A DNA stretch of 34,590 nucleotides from Candidatus Nanohaloarchaea archaeon (GCA_014297435.1 JACOQA010000006.1:1-34590); one strand, 5' to 3'; shown: positions 1 to 9,759, numbered from the stretch's first letter. Numbers and translations are program-made. Notes: generated by a model not told the origin, from the letters alone.

Positions 1-312
1 TATTCCGTGCTCTATAATATTGACCCTAATATGACTACGGAAAATACAACAAGCCAAACAGGGCAGCCTTCAAACTATAGAAGGAAGCTACTGAGGATAC
101 CATACTCCTACGAAGCAGAATCAATTCAAATCCTGAAATCAGGAGGAGAAATCTACTCGCTCAATATACCTGATAGGGTTTGTAAGGATAATGACGATTC
201 CTGTCCAGACTACTGTGACGGAAAAGGAGTTGACTCTGACTGCAGTACCAAAAGCAGTAGCAAAGGGTTTTTCGCAAATATCATAAGCTGGTTATCACAG
301 ATTATCCCGTGA
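1..312 (+). CDS. C-terminal part of a probable exported/surface protein (5'-truncated by the window)
   Basis: Frame 1 is open from base 1. Cys-rich tail CKDNDDSCPDYCDGKGVDSDC is followed by an amphipathic end GFFANIISWLSQIIP. Confidence 0.6.
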   Translation, partial: YSVLYNIDPNMTTENTTSQTGQPSNYRRKLLRIPYSYEAESIQILKSGGEIYSLNIPDRVCKDNDDSCPDYCDGKGVDSDCSTKSSSKGFFANIISWLSQIIP

Positions 313-509
313 GGAGAATAAAAAGAAATTTCTTGATAATTAGTCTTCTTATCTGCCTTCCCGTTGCTACATATATCGGAAAGATCCTGCTGTGGCAGGA
401 AAAACTAACGAATGCAGTTCTGAACCCGCGAGACACATTAGCAAGGCAGTTTCGAAGGTCAAAATACGATTTCAAAGTGATTTTCAATTTTCAAGTAAAA
501 GAAGGATAA
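309..509 (+). CDS. small hypothetical protein with N-terminal hydrophobic segment
   Basis: GTGA start/stop overlap with the upstream gene; basic N-terminus followed by one hydrophobic helix. Confidence 0.4.
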   Translation: MRRIKRNFLIISLLICLPVATYIGKILLWQEKLTNAVLNPRDTLARQFRRSKYDFKVIFNFQVKEG

Positions 510-545
510 AAAAACTCAACAGGAAGCAGTGAATCGATAATAGCT

Positions 546-617
<72 letters not shown>

Positions 618-672
618 ACACCAAAACTCACTGTATATCTTTGACATCGTTAAGTTCTTTAAATGGAGCGGT

Positions 673-1551
673 TTAGAGAGCGATCAACACCACTCCAACA
701 ACTAAGATCACTGATCCGACAACTTTTCTCAGCATGTTCTGCTCGTTGAACAGGTATCCTCCTGCCGCAACCGAAGCTAAAACTTGTAGTTGAAGTACTG
801 GGATTACTTTGGATGCGGCTGCCATCGAGTAAGCTATGAAGATCGATAGGTAGGCTCCGGCTGCCAGCAAACCAACCAGGAAAAAACTGGAGGGCTTTTC
901 CCGTACAGCATTCTTTGCCTCTATCAGCTTCTCTCTTTTAGTTGTACCGAGGTAGACGGTGAAGCATGCCGACATAACCAGGAAGATACCTGAGACATAG
1001 ACTTCAGGTCTGATAGCTTGTGTGCCAAAACGGTCCATTATAGAAGCGAAGGCGTAGATCACGGAGGAAATTGAGGCTAAAAGCGCTGCACGGTTAGTAA
1101 ACAAACGTTTCAAAGGACCAACAAGAGACTTGTTCTTCCTAAGTAAAACTATGTAACTACCCAAAGTTACGGCCAGAATTCCTGTTACCATCAAAGGAGT
1201 CATCTCCTCGCCCAGTATAGAGAAGCCGAGTACTGCAGTAAAGATAGGTGTTAGCTTGGTTAAAGGTATTACTTCGCTTATCTCTCCCTGTTTGATCGAG
1301 TTGTTGTAAGCGATTATTCCGAACGTGTTTGCGATACCCGAACCGACTAAAGCAAGCCAAGGGACGATACTCGATGTTAGATTGGTGTTCAGTCCAAAGT
1401 AGGTCGAGAACGGTAGAAGAAGTATTAGTGCCGAAAGCGAGAAGATGAAGTTATAAGCCAAGCCGGAAATGTCTTGCGTTAGTTTTTTTGTTACTACGTT
1501 GAGTATTGAGAAGAAGAACGCCGAACTTAGTGCGGTCAGTAACCATTCCAT
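673..1551 (-). CDS. EamA/DMT family transporter
   Basis: 292 aa, about 10 TM helices in two repeats; motif GEISEVIPLTKLTPIFTAVLGFSILGE. Confidence 0.9.
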   Translation of the reverse strand: MEWLLTALSSAFFFSILNVVTKKLTQDISGLAYNFIFSLSALILLLPFSTYFGLNTNLTSSIVPWLALVGSGIANTFGIIAYNNSIKQGEISEVIPLTKLTPIFTAVLGFSILGEEMTPLMVTGILAVTLGSYIVLLRKNKSLVGPLKRLFTNRAALLASISSVIYAFASIMDRFGTQAIRPEVYVSGIFLVMSACFTVYLGTTKREKLIEAKNAVREKPSSFFLVGLLAAGAYLSIFIAYSMAAASKVIPVLQLQVLASVAAGGYLFNEQNMLRKVVGSVILVVGVVLIAL

Positions 1552-1578
1552 AACAAAGTAAAGTGGAAAATGGGTTTT

Positions 1579-1740
1579 TTATCCTGCGAACTCTGCGTTC
1601 TTCGGTCTTAGATTGCTGTAACCGCACTTCCTGCATGAGCTGGATTCAGGGTCCTCGGTTCTGTTAGTTGCGTTGCATTTCCTACAGACGTAGACGTCGC
1701 CGAAGATTCTTTTCTTAGCCTCTTCAAATCTTTGTGCCAT
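1579..1740 (-). CDS. rpl40e: 50S ribosomal protein L40e
   Basis: Not in the ORF track. Translates to MAQRFEEAKKRIFGDVYVCRKCNATNRTEDPESSSCRKCGYSNLRPKNAEFAG (CRKCNA..N..CRKCG..LRPK). SD AGGTGA upstream. Confidence 0.95.
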   Translation of the reverse strand: MAQRFEEAKKRIFGDVYVCRKCNATNRTEDPESSSCRKCGYSNLRPKNAEFAG

Positions 1741-1810
1741 TTGTTTAACTCACCTTATACACGGAATCGGAGGCTTTAACTTTAAATAAGCTCGACCGTT
1801 TAACCGGGTC

Positions 1811-2611
1811 ATGGAGCTTCTACTGGCAGTCATTCTCGGAGTAGTTCAAGGAGTTTTTGAGTGGCTGCCTGTCTCAAGCGAAGCCGTCATATCCATAATA
1901 CTGACACAGCTAGGCAACACAGGAGTTGTAAAATCGGTTAACACCGCTGTATGGCTTCACACCGGAACCATGTTCGCCGCACTACTCTACTTCAGGAAAG
2001 AATTCCTCAACCTAATCAGAAAGTTCTTCAGTTCAATAAGGAAGAAAAGCTTCGATAGAGGTTCGGAGGACGGAAAACTTCTTGAATTCGTTTTTGTGGC
2101 AACACTTGTCACCGGTATTATCGGCGGTCCGCTCTACTTCCTAGGTCTAAAATCTGCAGCCAACTCGCCAGAACTGTTCTCCGGTTTAATGGGTGTCGCC
2201 CTCCTGCTTACAGGATTACTACGATTTTACTCGGGCGGAAGTTCGAGACAAAAAGGTTCCACGAATTGGAAAGACTCAATATTTGCAGGAATCTTGCAGG
2301 GCTTTTCGATCATTCCTGGTGTTTCTCGTTCAGGTTCAACAGTTTTCGGTCTTCTTTACAGGGATTTTGACCCTCAAACCGCTTTCAGGCTCTCTTTTTT
2401 GTTAAGCGTTCCAGCAATACTCGCAGCAAACATCGTACTAAACCTGTTCGAAGGTTTCACGATCACCATTCCACTGATTGTCTCTTCCGCAGTCTCATTC
2501 ATAGTAGGTTATGCGTCGATCGATCTAGTTCTTAGAATTGCGGATAGAACTGAAGTGGCTTACCTGTGTTTCGTTCTTGCGGCTTTAAGCTTCGTCCCAC
2601 TCGTTCTCTAA
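1811..2611 (+). CDS. uppP: undecaprenyl/polyprenyl-diphosphate phosphatase (BacA family)
   Basis: Motifs GVVQGVFEWLPVSS, LHTGT, QGFSIIPGVSRSGST and SFLLSVPA. Confidence 0.92.
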   Translation: MELLLAVILGVVQGVFEWLPVSSEAVISIILTQLGNTGVVKSVNTAVWLHTGTMFAALLYFRKEFLNLIRKFFSSIRKKSFDRGSEDGKLLEFVFVATLVTGIIGGPLYFLGLKSAANSPELFSGLMGVALLLTGLLRFYSGGSSRQKGSTNWKDSIFAGILQGFSIIPGVSRSGSTVFGLLYRDFDPQTAFRLSFLLSVPAILAANIVLNLFEGFTITIPLIVSSAVSFIVGYASIDLVLRIADRTEVAYLCFVLAALSFVPLVL

Positions 2612-3070
2612 ATGACGGAAGACTCTGAGAACTGCGGCATAGTCTTCTTTCTCGTAATCCATCCTCGCTGTAGTATTGTTTGTGCGATTGGATGCCAGAC
2701 CCATTTCCTGAAGGCTCTTGAGAAGACTCCCTTCTACAGTACTGTTGACAGCACCTTCCTTCCCAGGTTTTACTCTCCTGCCGAGCTTGTCCACCGTGTT
2801 GTGTATCTCTTTCTGCTGGAACTCTTTGTAGTAGTTGTCGTAGTGAGATAGGATTGTAGTATCCCACCTGTCTTCAGAAGAATTTTCCATACCTAACTCG
2901 TTGAACTCAGAGTAAGCCTTTCTAATTACATCTAGACCGTCAGGGTTGGCTGTCAGATAGTCAAGTTCTTTAGAAATATGCGGTCTGAGTTCTTCCGGAA
3001 CATCTATCTCATTCTCTTCCAGAAGAAGTTCTGTTTCGACCTGTTTTCGGAAGCTGTACTCGTCCATCAA
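2585..3070 (-). CDS. hypothetical acidic protein
   Basis: 161-aa ORF with acidic composition matching neighbouring genes; 3' end overlaps uppP. Confidence 0.65.
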   Translation of the reverse strand: MMDEYSFRKQVETELLLEENEIDVPEELRPHISKELDYLTANPDGLDVIRKAYSEFNELGMENSSEDRWDTTILSHYDNYYKEFQQKEIHNTVDKLGRRVKPGKEGAVNSTVEGSLLKSLQEMGLASNRTNNTTARMDYEKEDYAAVLRVFRHLENEWDEA

Positions 3071-3114
3071 ATAAATATTGAAGATATTAAATTCTTATAG
3101 CCTAAATTTGGGTT

Positions 3115-3672
3115 ATGAGAACCGTAACCGTTGTAGGCGGAGGGATTGCCGGGCTTCAGACCGCGGTATTCACGGCAAAAGCAGGAGAAGACACCCTAGT
3201 ACTTGATACAGGAGAATCACTTGTACACAACACATCAAATATCAAGAACTTGATTGGTCACGAGTCTGTGAGCGGGCAGGAACTTTTAAACTCAGGTAAA
3301 CAGAAGCTTGAGGACTTCGGAGGAGAATTGAAGGAGGAAAAAGTTGAAAGCGTTGAGAGATCCAAGGATGGATTCGTTGTCAAGACTGCCGAGGAGGAGT
3401 ATGAATCTGAGTATGTTGTTGTTGCTTCTGCAGGCAGTCTTGAGTTTCTTGACGTAGATGTCGAGTTCGAGAAAGGTGTTGAAGGACCTTACATGATGGA
3501 GAAGCATGTTAAGACCGATGATTCGAATAAAGCAGCTGAGAAACTGTATGCTGCAGGTCTAGCTAATTCATGGGAATACCAGACCTCGACCGCTATAGGG
3601 GACGGTTCGAAGGCAGCTGTAAACCTTCTATCCGATCTTTACGGTGAGCCGTACACTGATCACGACACATAA
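3115..3672 (+). CDS. short FAD-dependent oxidoreductase (thioredoxin-reductase-like FAD domain)
   Basis: VVGGGIAGL Rossmann motif, VVVASAG, LYAAG..AIGDG. No CxxC and no NADPH domain. Confidence 0.8.
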   Translation: MRTVTVVGGGIAGLQTAVFTAKAGEDTLVLDTGESLVHNTSNIKNLIGHESVSGQELLNSGKQKLEDFGGELKEEKVESVERSKDGFVVKTAEEEYESEYVVVASAGSLEFLDVDVEFEKGVEGPYMMEKHVKTDDSNKAAEKLYAAGLANSWEYQTSTAIGDGSKAAVNLLSDLYGEPYTDHDT

Positions 3673-3746
3673 AGATTGTAGAACGTCATAATCCACTACC
3701 TAGTAGTTCTAAAAAAGATGTAAATAGTGTTCTCTATCTTACCGAT

Positions 3747-4088
3747 ATGATTAGCTACAGTTTTGAGAAAAGCAAGAGGTGGCACGGCAAACACATAATC
3801 CAGATAGAAAATCTAGAGATCGAGATACCTGGACACCCTGGTCAACAAGGATACAATGCTGTACCCACACTCTACGGACTAAGCAAAGGAAGATGCCTGG
3901 AGGACGTGGTCGAAGAAGTCTACGAAGTGGAGTCCCAAAAAGTCCAGAGCAAAATAATCGAAGATGTAGACAAACTGCTGGAAGACGGCAGGATGCCAGA
4001 AAAATACAGAGAAGACTTAGAGAGTATAGTTGAAGAAGAGTTTGACTTTTTCAGCTCCGACACTGATCCAGGATTCGGAGTTCCCTAA
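3747..4088 (+). CDS. hypothetical protein
   Basis: 113-aa acidic ORF with an AT-rich promoter-like sequence upstream. Confidence 0.6.
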   Translation: MISYSFEKSKRWHGKHIIQIENLEIEIPGHPGQQGYNAVPTLYGLSKGRCLEDVVEEVYEVESQKVQSKIIEDVDKLLEDGRMPEKYREDLESIVEEEFDFFSSDTDPGFGVP

Positions 4089-4810
4089 ACCTCCCCCTCA
4101 ATCTTTCTCATTCCTTCAACCAATCGAAAGCTAGGACGATTCAGTAGAGAATCATTCACGACGAAAACATTACCGTTCTTCACAGCAGAAATATCCTGCC
4201 AACTATCTCTTCGATCTATAATTGAAGGATCAAGATTAGATCCGGCACCACAGACATTCAAGATTATCACCTCAGGATCAAATTCCTTCAACTCTTCAAG
4301 ATCGAACTCCCTGCTTCTACCTTCTTCGATAAAGTATTCGCCATTACATTTCCTGATTAAGTCCGGCATCCAGTTACCGGATACCATGGGAGGATCCATC
4401 CACTCCTCACAATATATCCGGGGAGAGCCCTCAAAGGAAACCTTGGAAAGTTCTTCCTTCATTTCTTCAACCAGTTTTTCTGCTTCTTCGGTTTTTCCTA
4501 CGGCTTCACCTATTTGCCAGAAGCTTTCGTAAACGTCTTCCAGCGTATGCGGCTTTACCTGCAAAACGTTGTACCCTTCCTCCTCTAACCGGTTAACTGC
4601 ATCGTCCTGAAGATCGTCTGACGCAATAATCAGGTCCGGATCTAGATCATTTATCCTGTCAACTTCAGGGTTAGTCCATCCTCCTATACTAGGCTTTTCA
4701 CTTACTCCTTCAGGATAGTTGCAGAGAGAAGTGGTCGCAACGACCTGATCCTCCACACCTAGCTTATAAAGTATCTCGGTGTTCGAAGGTGCTAAAGAAA
4801 CTATTCTCAT
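4085..4810 (-). CDS. cobalamin-binding protein, BtuF-like (helical-backbone metal receptor), no signal peptide
   Basis: MRIVSLAPSNTEILYKLG, CNYP, DPDLII, EEWMDPPMVSGNWMPDLI, W..ISAVKNGNVF, LNRPSFRLVEG. Confidence 0.85.
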   Translation of the reverse strand: MRIVSLAPSNTEILYKLGVEDQVVATTSLCNYPEGVSEKPSIGGWTNPEVDRINDLDPDLIIASDDLQDDAVNRLEEEGYNVLQVKPHTLEDVYESFWQIGEAVGKTEEAEKLVEEMKEELSKVSFEGSPRIYCEEWMDPPMVSGNWMPDLIRKCNGEYFIEEGRSREFDLEELKEFDPEVIILNVCGAGSNLDPSIIDRRDSWQDISAVKNGNVFVVNDSLLNRPSFRLVEGMRKIEGEV

Positions 4811-4835
4811 AATTATTCTTTTCCGAGATAGTTAT

Positions 4836-5300
4836 TTACAGGTTATCTAGATAATCCTGCGCTACCTCTTCAAAAGTAAAGAAACTCACTTTAAGATCGG
4901 TTTCACGCTCTATCGCTGACTCAAACACGGTGTCGAAACCATGTAAATCATCCGGATTTCCACGTCCATAACTTTCAAGCGACTCAGCCACAACCTTAAC
5001 AATTGATCCGAATCCTACTTCAGGTTCAACATCTTCCAAATTAAGCTCATAATCAGAACTATCTCCCGAAACATCTGAATGTTGCTGTATGTACTCCGAA
5101 ACCTGTGAATGTATAGCTCTCTCATTTCCGATACCGTCCTCGCTATATTCCAGGACCGCTTCCTTCCGCGGTAGATGTCGGTATTCATCTCCGTTCTCAA
5201 CCTGTTGTTCACGGTATTCAAGCTCTTTCTGCGTATCTTCAAGCAGTTCTACGATTTCACCCTGAGTGGCTCTGGTCATACGCCAATTATAAGTCGACAA
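4836..5300 (-). CDS. hypothetical acidic protein
   Basis: 154-aa ORF, very D/E-rich; start codon uncertain. Confidence 0.6.
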   Translation of the reverse strand: MSTYNWRMTRATQGEIVELLEDTQKELEYREQQVENGDEYRHLPRKEAVLEYSEDGIGNERAIHSQVSEYIQQHSDVSGDSSDYELNLEDVEPEVGFGSIVKVVAESLESYGRGNPDDLHGFDTVFESAIERETDLKVSFFTFEEVAQDYLDNL

Positions 5301-5419
5301 GCTTTAATGGTATTGAGATCCATTTCCAATACTATCAGTGACCAAATCATAGAAAGAACATACAAAGAATTTTGACTATTCAGAAAGATTATTGAAGCTG
5401 ACATATACACCTACTCTTC

Positions 5420-6262
5420 ATGACATTCCGTATAGGCGCTCATGTTTCAATTTCGGGAGGAGTCGAAAAAGCTATCGAAAGACAAGAGGATGAGACAGGA
5501 AACTGCGGACAGATATTCGCAGGTTCTCCAAGAACATGGAGTGTCTCAGAATACTCGGATGAAGAAGGCGAAAAGTTCCAGGAAGCAATGAAAGAAGCAG
5601 ATCAGAAACCATACGTAATCCACTCAACCTATCTTGTCAACCTAGCAACGCCTAAAGACGATCTCTTCGAAAAATCTTTGAACTGTCTTCAGTCAGAGCT
5701 CGATGCCGCATCAAAACTAGGTGTAAAATACGTTGTTTTCCATCCTGGCGCACACACAGGTTCAGGAAGAGAGAACGGACTTGACAGGATTGCAGAAGGG
5801 ATAGACAAACTTGACATACCTGAAAACGTTACACTGCTCCTCGAAAACACAGCAGGTAAAGGAACAACTCTAGGAAAGTCGATGGGTGACCTGAGAGAGA
5901 TGATGGAAAGAAGCGAGACCGATAACGGCAACATAGGTGTATGCTTGGATACTTGCCATGCGCACGCCGCAGGTTACGACCTCAAATCCGAAGAAGGTTT
6001 CAAAGACTTTCTCCAGGAAGTTGAGGAAGATCTAGGAATTGATAAGGTTAAAGTTCTGCACCTTAACGATTCAAAGGACGAGATAGGTAGCGAGAAAGAC
6101 AACCACGAAGATATCGGATACGGAAATATCGGCGAAGAAGGGTTCTCAAACATAGTTAACTCGAAAGAGCTTGAAGATAAGCCTATGGTTCTTGAGACAC
6201 CGAGCGATAACCGTGCGAGTTACAAGGAAAATATAGAGAAGTTGAGGGAGCTGCGTAAATAG
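5420..6262 (+). CDS. nfo: endonuclease IV (AP endonuclease 2)
   Basis: IGAHVSISGG, HSTYLVNLA, FHPG, LLENTAG, CLDTCHAHAAGYD, HLNDSK, HEDIG, LETP. Confidence 0.96.
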   Translation: MTFRIGAHVSISGGVEKAIERQEDETGNCGQIFAGSPRTWSVSEYSDEEGEKFQEAMKEADQKPYVIHSTYLVNLATPKDDLFEKSLNCLQSELDAASKLGVKYVVFHPGAHTGSGRENGLDRIAEGIDKLDIPENVTLLLENTAGKGTTLGKSMGDLREMMERSETDNGNIGVCLDTCHAHAAGYDLKSEEGFKDFLQEVEEDLGIDKVKVLHLNDSKDEIGSEKDNHEDIGYGNIGEEGFSNIVNSKELEDKPMVLETPSDNRASYKENIEKLRELRK

Positions 6263-6276
6263 CAGCCTTCCCCTTT

Positions 6277-6630
6277 TTAAGAAGTAATTTTATCTAATGT
6301 TTCGTACAGGGCTCCGAACAATTCACTGCCATATTCGGTGAGTTCCGCACATTCGCCCATCTCAAACTGAACGTAATCCTCCTTCTCGAGAATTCGTAAT
6401 TCATGATACCCTTTAGTGTCTGTGTCGACACCTTCTTCATCAAGACATTCCTCTACACTCTCCCATTCTAGATTTCCGCCTTCTTTAACGAGCCGATATG
6501 TTAGCTCCACTCTATCCGGATTGCCGCCAAGAAGACCCATAGCGTTCTCTAACTCATCTATTTCAAGTCCTTGTAGAGGATTTTCTCCTTCAATACCCTC
6601 TCCATCTTCATAATTGTCTTCTGGACTCAT
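6277..6630 (-). CDS. hypothetical protein, ArsR-like winged helix
   Basis: GNPDRVEL...YHELRILEKEDYV...LTEYG pattern typical of winged-helix proteins. Confidence 0.55.
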   Translation of the reverse strand: MSPEDNYEDGEGIEGENPLQGLEIDELENAMGLLGGNPDRVELTYRLVKEGGNLEWESVEECLDEEGVDTDTKGYHELRILEKEDYVQFEMGECAELTEYGSELFGALYETLDKITS

Positions 6631-6724
6631 ATTGTACCATCATTAATTAAAAGGGAGTTTTAATTCCAAATTTATCAATAGTTCTGTGTTTTTCTACAGG
6701 ATTTAGCTCGACAACTTAAAAACC

Positions 6725-7645
6725 ATGGTTTCGAAAACAAAGGTTATGCCTCTTCACGGTCTTGAAGCCGACCTAGAGCTTGCAGTACTTGTAATCGGAA
6801 GCGCAATAATCTCATACTTAATTGAAGGCGCTATAGTATCAAACTACCTGTTTGCGGGTCTTCTAGCCGGACTTTTCTTCCTGATGGGAACGCACCTAGA
6901 ACATTTCAATCCTAGGAAGAAGGAGGTTTTGACTGGTTTAGCGTCGGTCTATCTTACAGGTTTGTTAATCGGAGGCGCTTTCTACCTGCTTGGATTTGGA
7001 CCTGTAATGATAGCTCTAGGACTTTCAGCAGCTTCAATAGGTTCTCCATCAATATGGTCTAACCTTTCCAGCGCTGATGGCAACTTAGCCTCAGAAGTTT
7101 CAAGTGCAGCGGTGGTATCATCCATCCTGTTAATTCCATCAATTTCTCTCCTACTGCCTATCCAATTCAACTTCACACCAATTCATGTGGCAATTGCTTA
7201 CATTCCTATGGTCGCCGGCTACCTATTGAAGACTTCCAGTTTCGAATATGTCCAAGAGGTAAGAGTCCACTTCTCAAAGCTCTCACTGTTCCTAATACTG
7301 CTTATAACAGGAATTCAGACCCAGATGTTGATTGAATCAGGCGCATTCATCTCAGTTATATCGATCGTTGGGAAAGCATCTGTTTTCGCAGTCTTCTTCA
7401 TGACCTGCTTCCTCGCCAGCTATCCTGTCTCAAGACTTCTGGGTTTCAATATAAAGCAGTCGAGGGCGATCGCTTTCTCAAGCTCGTCGAAAAACGTAGC
7501 GATCGGTTTCCTACTAGCTTCGATGATTTCACCCGAAGCCGTGGCATCGGTCGGAATCTATTACGCGGTCAGGCAGCTTATGGGTGTCGGAACCGTCGAT
7601 TTCTTCGATGAAGAGGCGGATATTGCCCAAAGGTTAGGCTTATAA
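6725..7645 (+). CDS. bile acid:sodium symporter (BASS/Acr3-like) family membrane protein
   Basis: About 9-10 TM helices; LFFLMG, LSSADGNLA, SRLLGF..QSRAIAFSSSSKNVAIG. Divergent member. Confidence 0.7.
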   Translation: MVSKTKVMPLHGLEADLELAVLVIGSAIISYLIEGAIVSNYLFAGLLAGLFFLMGTHLEHFNPRKKEVLTGLASVYLTGLLIGGAFYLLGFGPVMIALGLSAASIGSPSIWSNLSSADGNLASEVSSAAVVSSILLIPSISLLLPIQFNFTPIHVAIAYIPMVAGYLLKTSSFEYVQEVRVHFSKLSLFLILLITGIQTQMLIESGAFISVISIVGKASVFAVFFMTCFLASYPVSRLLGFNIKQSRAIAFSSSSKNVAIGFLLASMISPEAVASVGIYYAVRQLMGVGTVDFFDEEADIAQRLGL

Positions 7646-7709
7646 GGTTCTCAAGAGCTAGAGTTTTTACACAGAAACATAAACGATTTTTTGAAGAGGT
7701 AAGTTTGAA

Positions 7710-8213
7710 ATGTCAGATATACACGATGATCAGAGAGTAGGCGTCTACGTAGACGTCCAAAACATGTACTACAGCGCAAAAAACCTATACGAATCAAAGG
7801 TAGACTTCGACAAGCTGCTTGACGCAGCAGTAATGAACAGAAATCTTATCAGGGCTTCAGCATACGTAATAAAAGCCGACACACCCGACGAAGGAGACTT
7901 CTTCGAAGCACTAAGAAGAATCGGCTACGAAGTAAAGATAAAAGAACTCAAGGAGTTCTACGGAGGACAGAAAAAAGGAGACTGGGATCTTGGAATGTCA
8001 GTGGACATGATCCAGCAAGCCAAGAAGCTTGATACAATCGTCCTCGTAACAGGCGACGGGGACTTCGCAGTACTTGTCGACCATCTCAAAGCCATGGGAT
8101 GCAGAGTAGAAGTCATGTCCTTCGGGAAAAGCTCAGCGAAAGAAATCAGAGAGTCTGCCACAAACTTTATCGATATGGACGAAAACCCGGACAAGTTCCT
8201 TGTTGACAGGTGA
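7710..8213 (+). CDS. NYN domain protein (LabA/DUF88 family)
   Basis: VYVDVQNM, KKGDWDLGMSVDM, VLVTGDGDF, GCRVEV. Confidence 0.92.
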   Translation: MSDIHDDQRVGVYVDVQNMYYSAKNLYESKVDFDKLLDAAVMNRNLIRASAYVIKADTPDEGDFFEALRRIGYEVKIKELKEFYGGQKKGDWDLGMSVDMIQQAKKLDTIVLVTGDGDFAVLVDHLKAMGCRVEVMSFGKSSAKEIRESATNFIDMDENPDKFLVDR

Positions 8214-8217
8214 AATT

Positions 8218-9387
8218 ATGAATCTAGACGAGATAGACGCCGAACAAGTTATGAACACAGAGCCTTTAGTTGAAACCAACGACAGAAACCTCGCACAGAT
8301 CAAAAACACTATGGAGGAAAATGAGGTAAGAGCAATCCCCGTAACAGATACACAGGGAGGATTCAAAGGAGTTATCGGTTACAGGGATTTAATCAGGTTC
8401 ATCCAGTTCAACCCTGAAAGAACATCGATCGAAAAAGTAATGCACCAGCCTCCCGAGTTCGATGAGGACGACTCCCTTGTAGAGCTGGCAGATCTAAGGA
8501 TTAACTCAGGCAGAAAATTAATGGTATGCCTTGAAAACGGCGAACTGAAAGGAGTAGTAGGAGACGATGAGTTTATCAAGTACTTCAAGGACGCAGAAGT
8601 ACTGGAGAAAGCAAACACTCTTGACGTAGCTTCTCACGAACTCAAGACAGTTTTCGAGGAGGACTCTATCGAGGAAGCTAGACACTTCATGCTTGACAAC
8701 AATATCTCGAGAGTTCCGGTCTTGGATGAGGACGGAAAGCTTTCAGGCATAGTAAGAAGCTCTGACATACTAAGGATGATGGCTCCAAGGGACCGTCAGG
8801 ACGCGGGAGGTACCTCCGGCGACAGACACGGCTCGGACGAGGTCAAGATGGCAGGCGGAACCGAAAAGAAGCAGTTTTCCGGAGTCACAGCCGACCAGCT
8901 GATGAAGGAAGATCCTGTAACCGCAACCGACCACATGAACCTTAAGGATGCCGCTGAACTGATGTCGGAGAGGGGAAGAGGTGAGATAATATTCCTTGAG
9001 AACGGCTACCCCGAAAGAATCGTCACGCTGAAGGATATTATCAACTATGTAGAGGGCTTCGCGCCCGGAAAGACGATGATGGTCAACCTCTCCGGTTTAG
9101 AGCTTCCCGAGGAAAAAGCAGCTGTACATAACTCGATTAAGAGACAGCTTCAGGGAAGTCTCGGAAGAAAGCTTGACAGACCTGAACAGCTCGATGTCCA
9201 CATTAAGAAGTCTGAGAAGGATGGGAAGAAGCATCGTTGGGAGCTTGACATGAAGCTTGACTGCGAATACGGACTTTTAACCGTAAACGAAGAAGACTGG
9301 GAGCTTTTGGATGCAGTCGACGAAGCTCTGAATGAGTTGAACTCGATCGTGAGGAAGAAGCACGAGAAAAGTACAGAGCACCGTTAA
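8218..9387 (+). CDS. CBS-domain protein fused to a C-terminal HPF/RaiA-like domain (archaeal Hib-type ribosome hibernation factor)
   Basis: Four CBS motifs (RAIPVTD..GVIGYRDL; SRVPVLDEDGKLSGIVRSSDIL) plus C-terminal LDVHIKK..WELDMKLD..EDWELLDAVDEALNEL. Start moved to ATG 8218, downstream of SD AGGTGA. Confidence 0.8.
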   Translation: MNLDEIDAEQVMNTEPLVETNDRNLAQIKNTMEENEVRAIPVTDTQGGFKGVIGYRDLIRFIQFNPERTSIEKVMHQPPEFDEDDSLVELADLRINSGRKLMVCLENGELKGVVGDDEFIKYFKDAEVLEKANTLDVASHELKTVFEEDSIEEARHFMLDNNISRVPVLDEDGKLSGIVRSSDILRMMAPRDRQDAGGTSGDRHGSDEVKMAGGTEKKQFSGVTADQLMKEDPVTATDHMNLKDAAELMSERGRGEIIFLENGYPERIVTLKDIINYVEGFAPGKTMMVNLSGLELPEEKAAVHNSIKRQLQGSLGRKLDRPEQLDVHIKKSEKDGKKHRWELDMKLDCEYGLLTVNEEDWELLDAVDEALNELNSIVRKKHEKSTEHR

Positions 9388-9396
9388 ACAGTCTTC

Positions 9397-9759
9397 TTAT
9401 CTATTTCCTATTTCTTCGTTACCCATTTTCTCCAGTTTCTTTTCCTGACTTATACCGAACTGGTTCGCGATGCCTTCGAAGGACATGGCTGCGTAGATCA
9501 GTGAGATGAATACTGCTGCTAGGATGATGTACATAGGGTACTGGGCCATAGCGTTGCCTTGGAAGAACTGGTTGTAGAACGTCAGGTAAGAGGTGTAAAG
9601 TATTAGGAATGAGATTACTAGAAGAAATCTCTTGGAGAACTCCTGGAGCTTTTCCTGTTGAAGTCCTTTGAACGTTGTGAATACGATTATGAACGTCATA
9701 ATTCCGATTGCCAGGGTTCCTGCAGTGTTTACCGCAAGAATTATCTGCTCCAGACTCAT
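9397..9759 (-). CDS. hypothetical membrane protein (3 TM)
   Basis: Three hydrophobic segments in 120 aa. Confidence 0.7.
   Translation of the reverse strand: MSLEQIILAVNTAGTLAIGIMTFIIVFTTFKGLQQEKLQEFSKRFLLVISFLILYTSYLTFYNQFFQGNAMAQYPMYIILAAVFISLIYAAMSFEGIANQFGISQEKKLEKMGNEEIGNR

Noticed and set aside
1451-1636. 61-aa minus-strand ORF
   Set aside because: Out-of-frame overlap with rpl40e and the EamA gene.
3747-4088. Faint PqqD-like helical pattern
   Set aside because: Weak resemblance, with no radical SAM or precursor peptide genes nearby.
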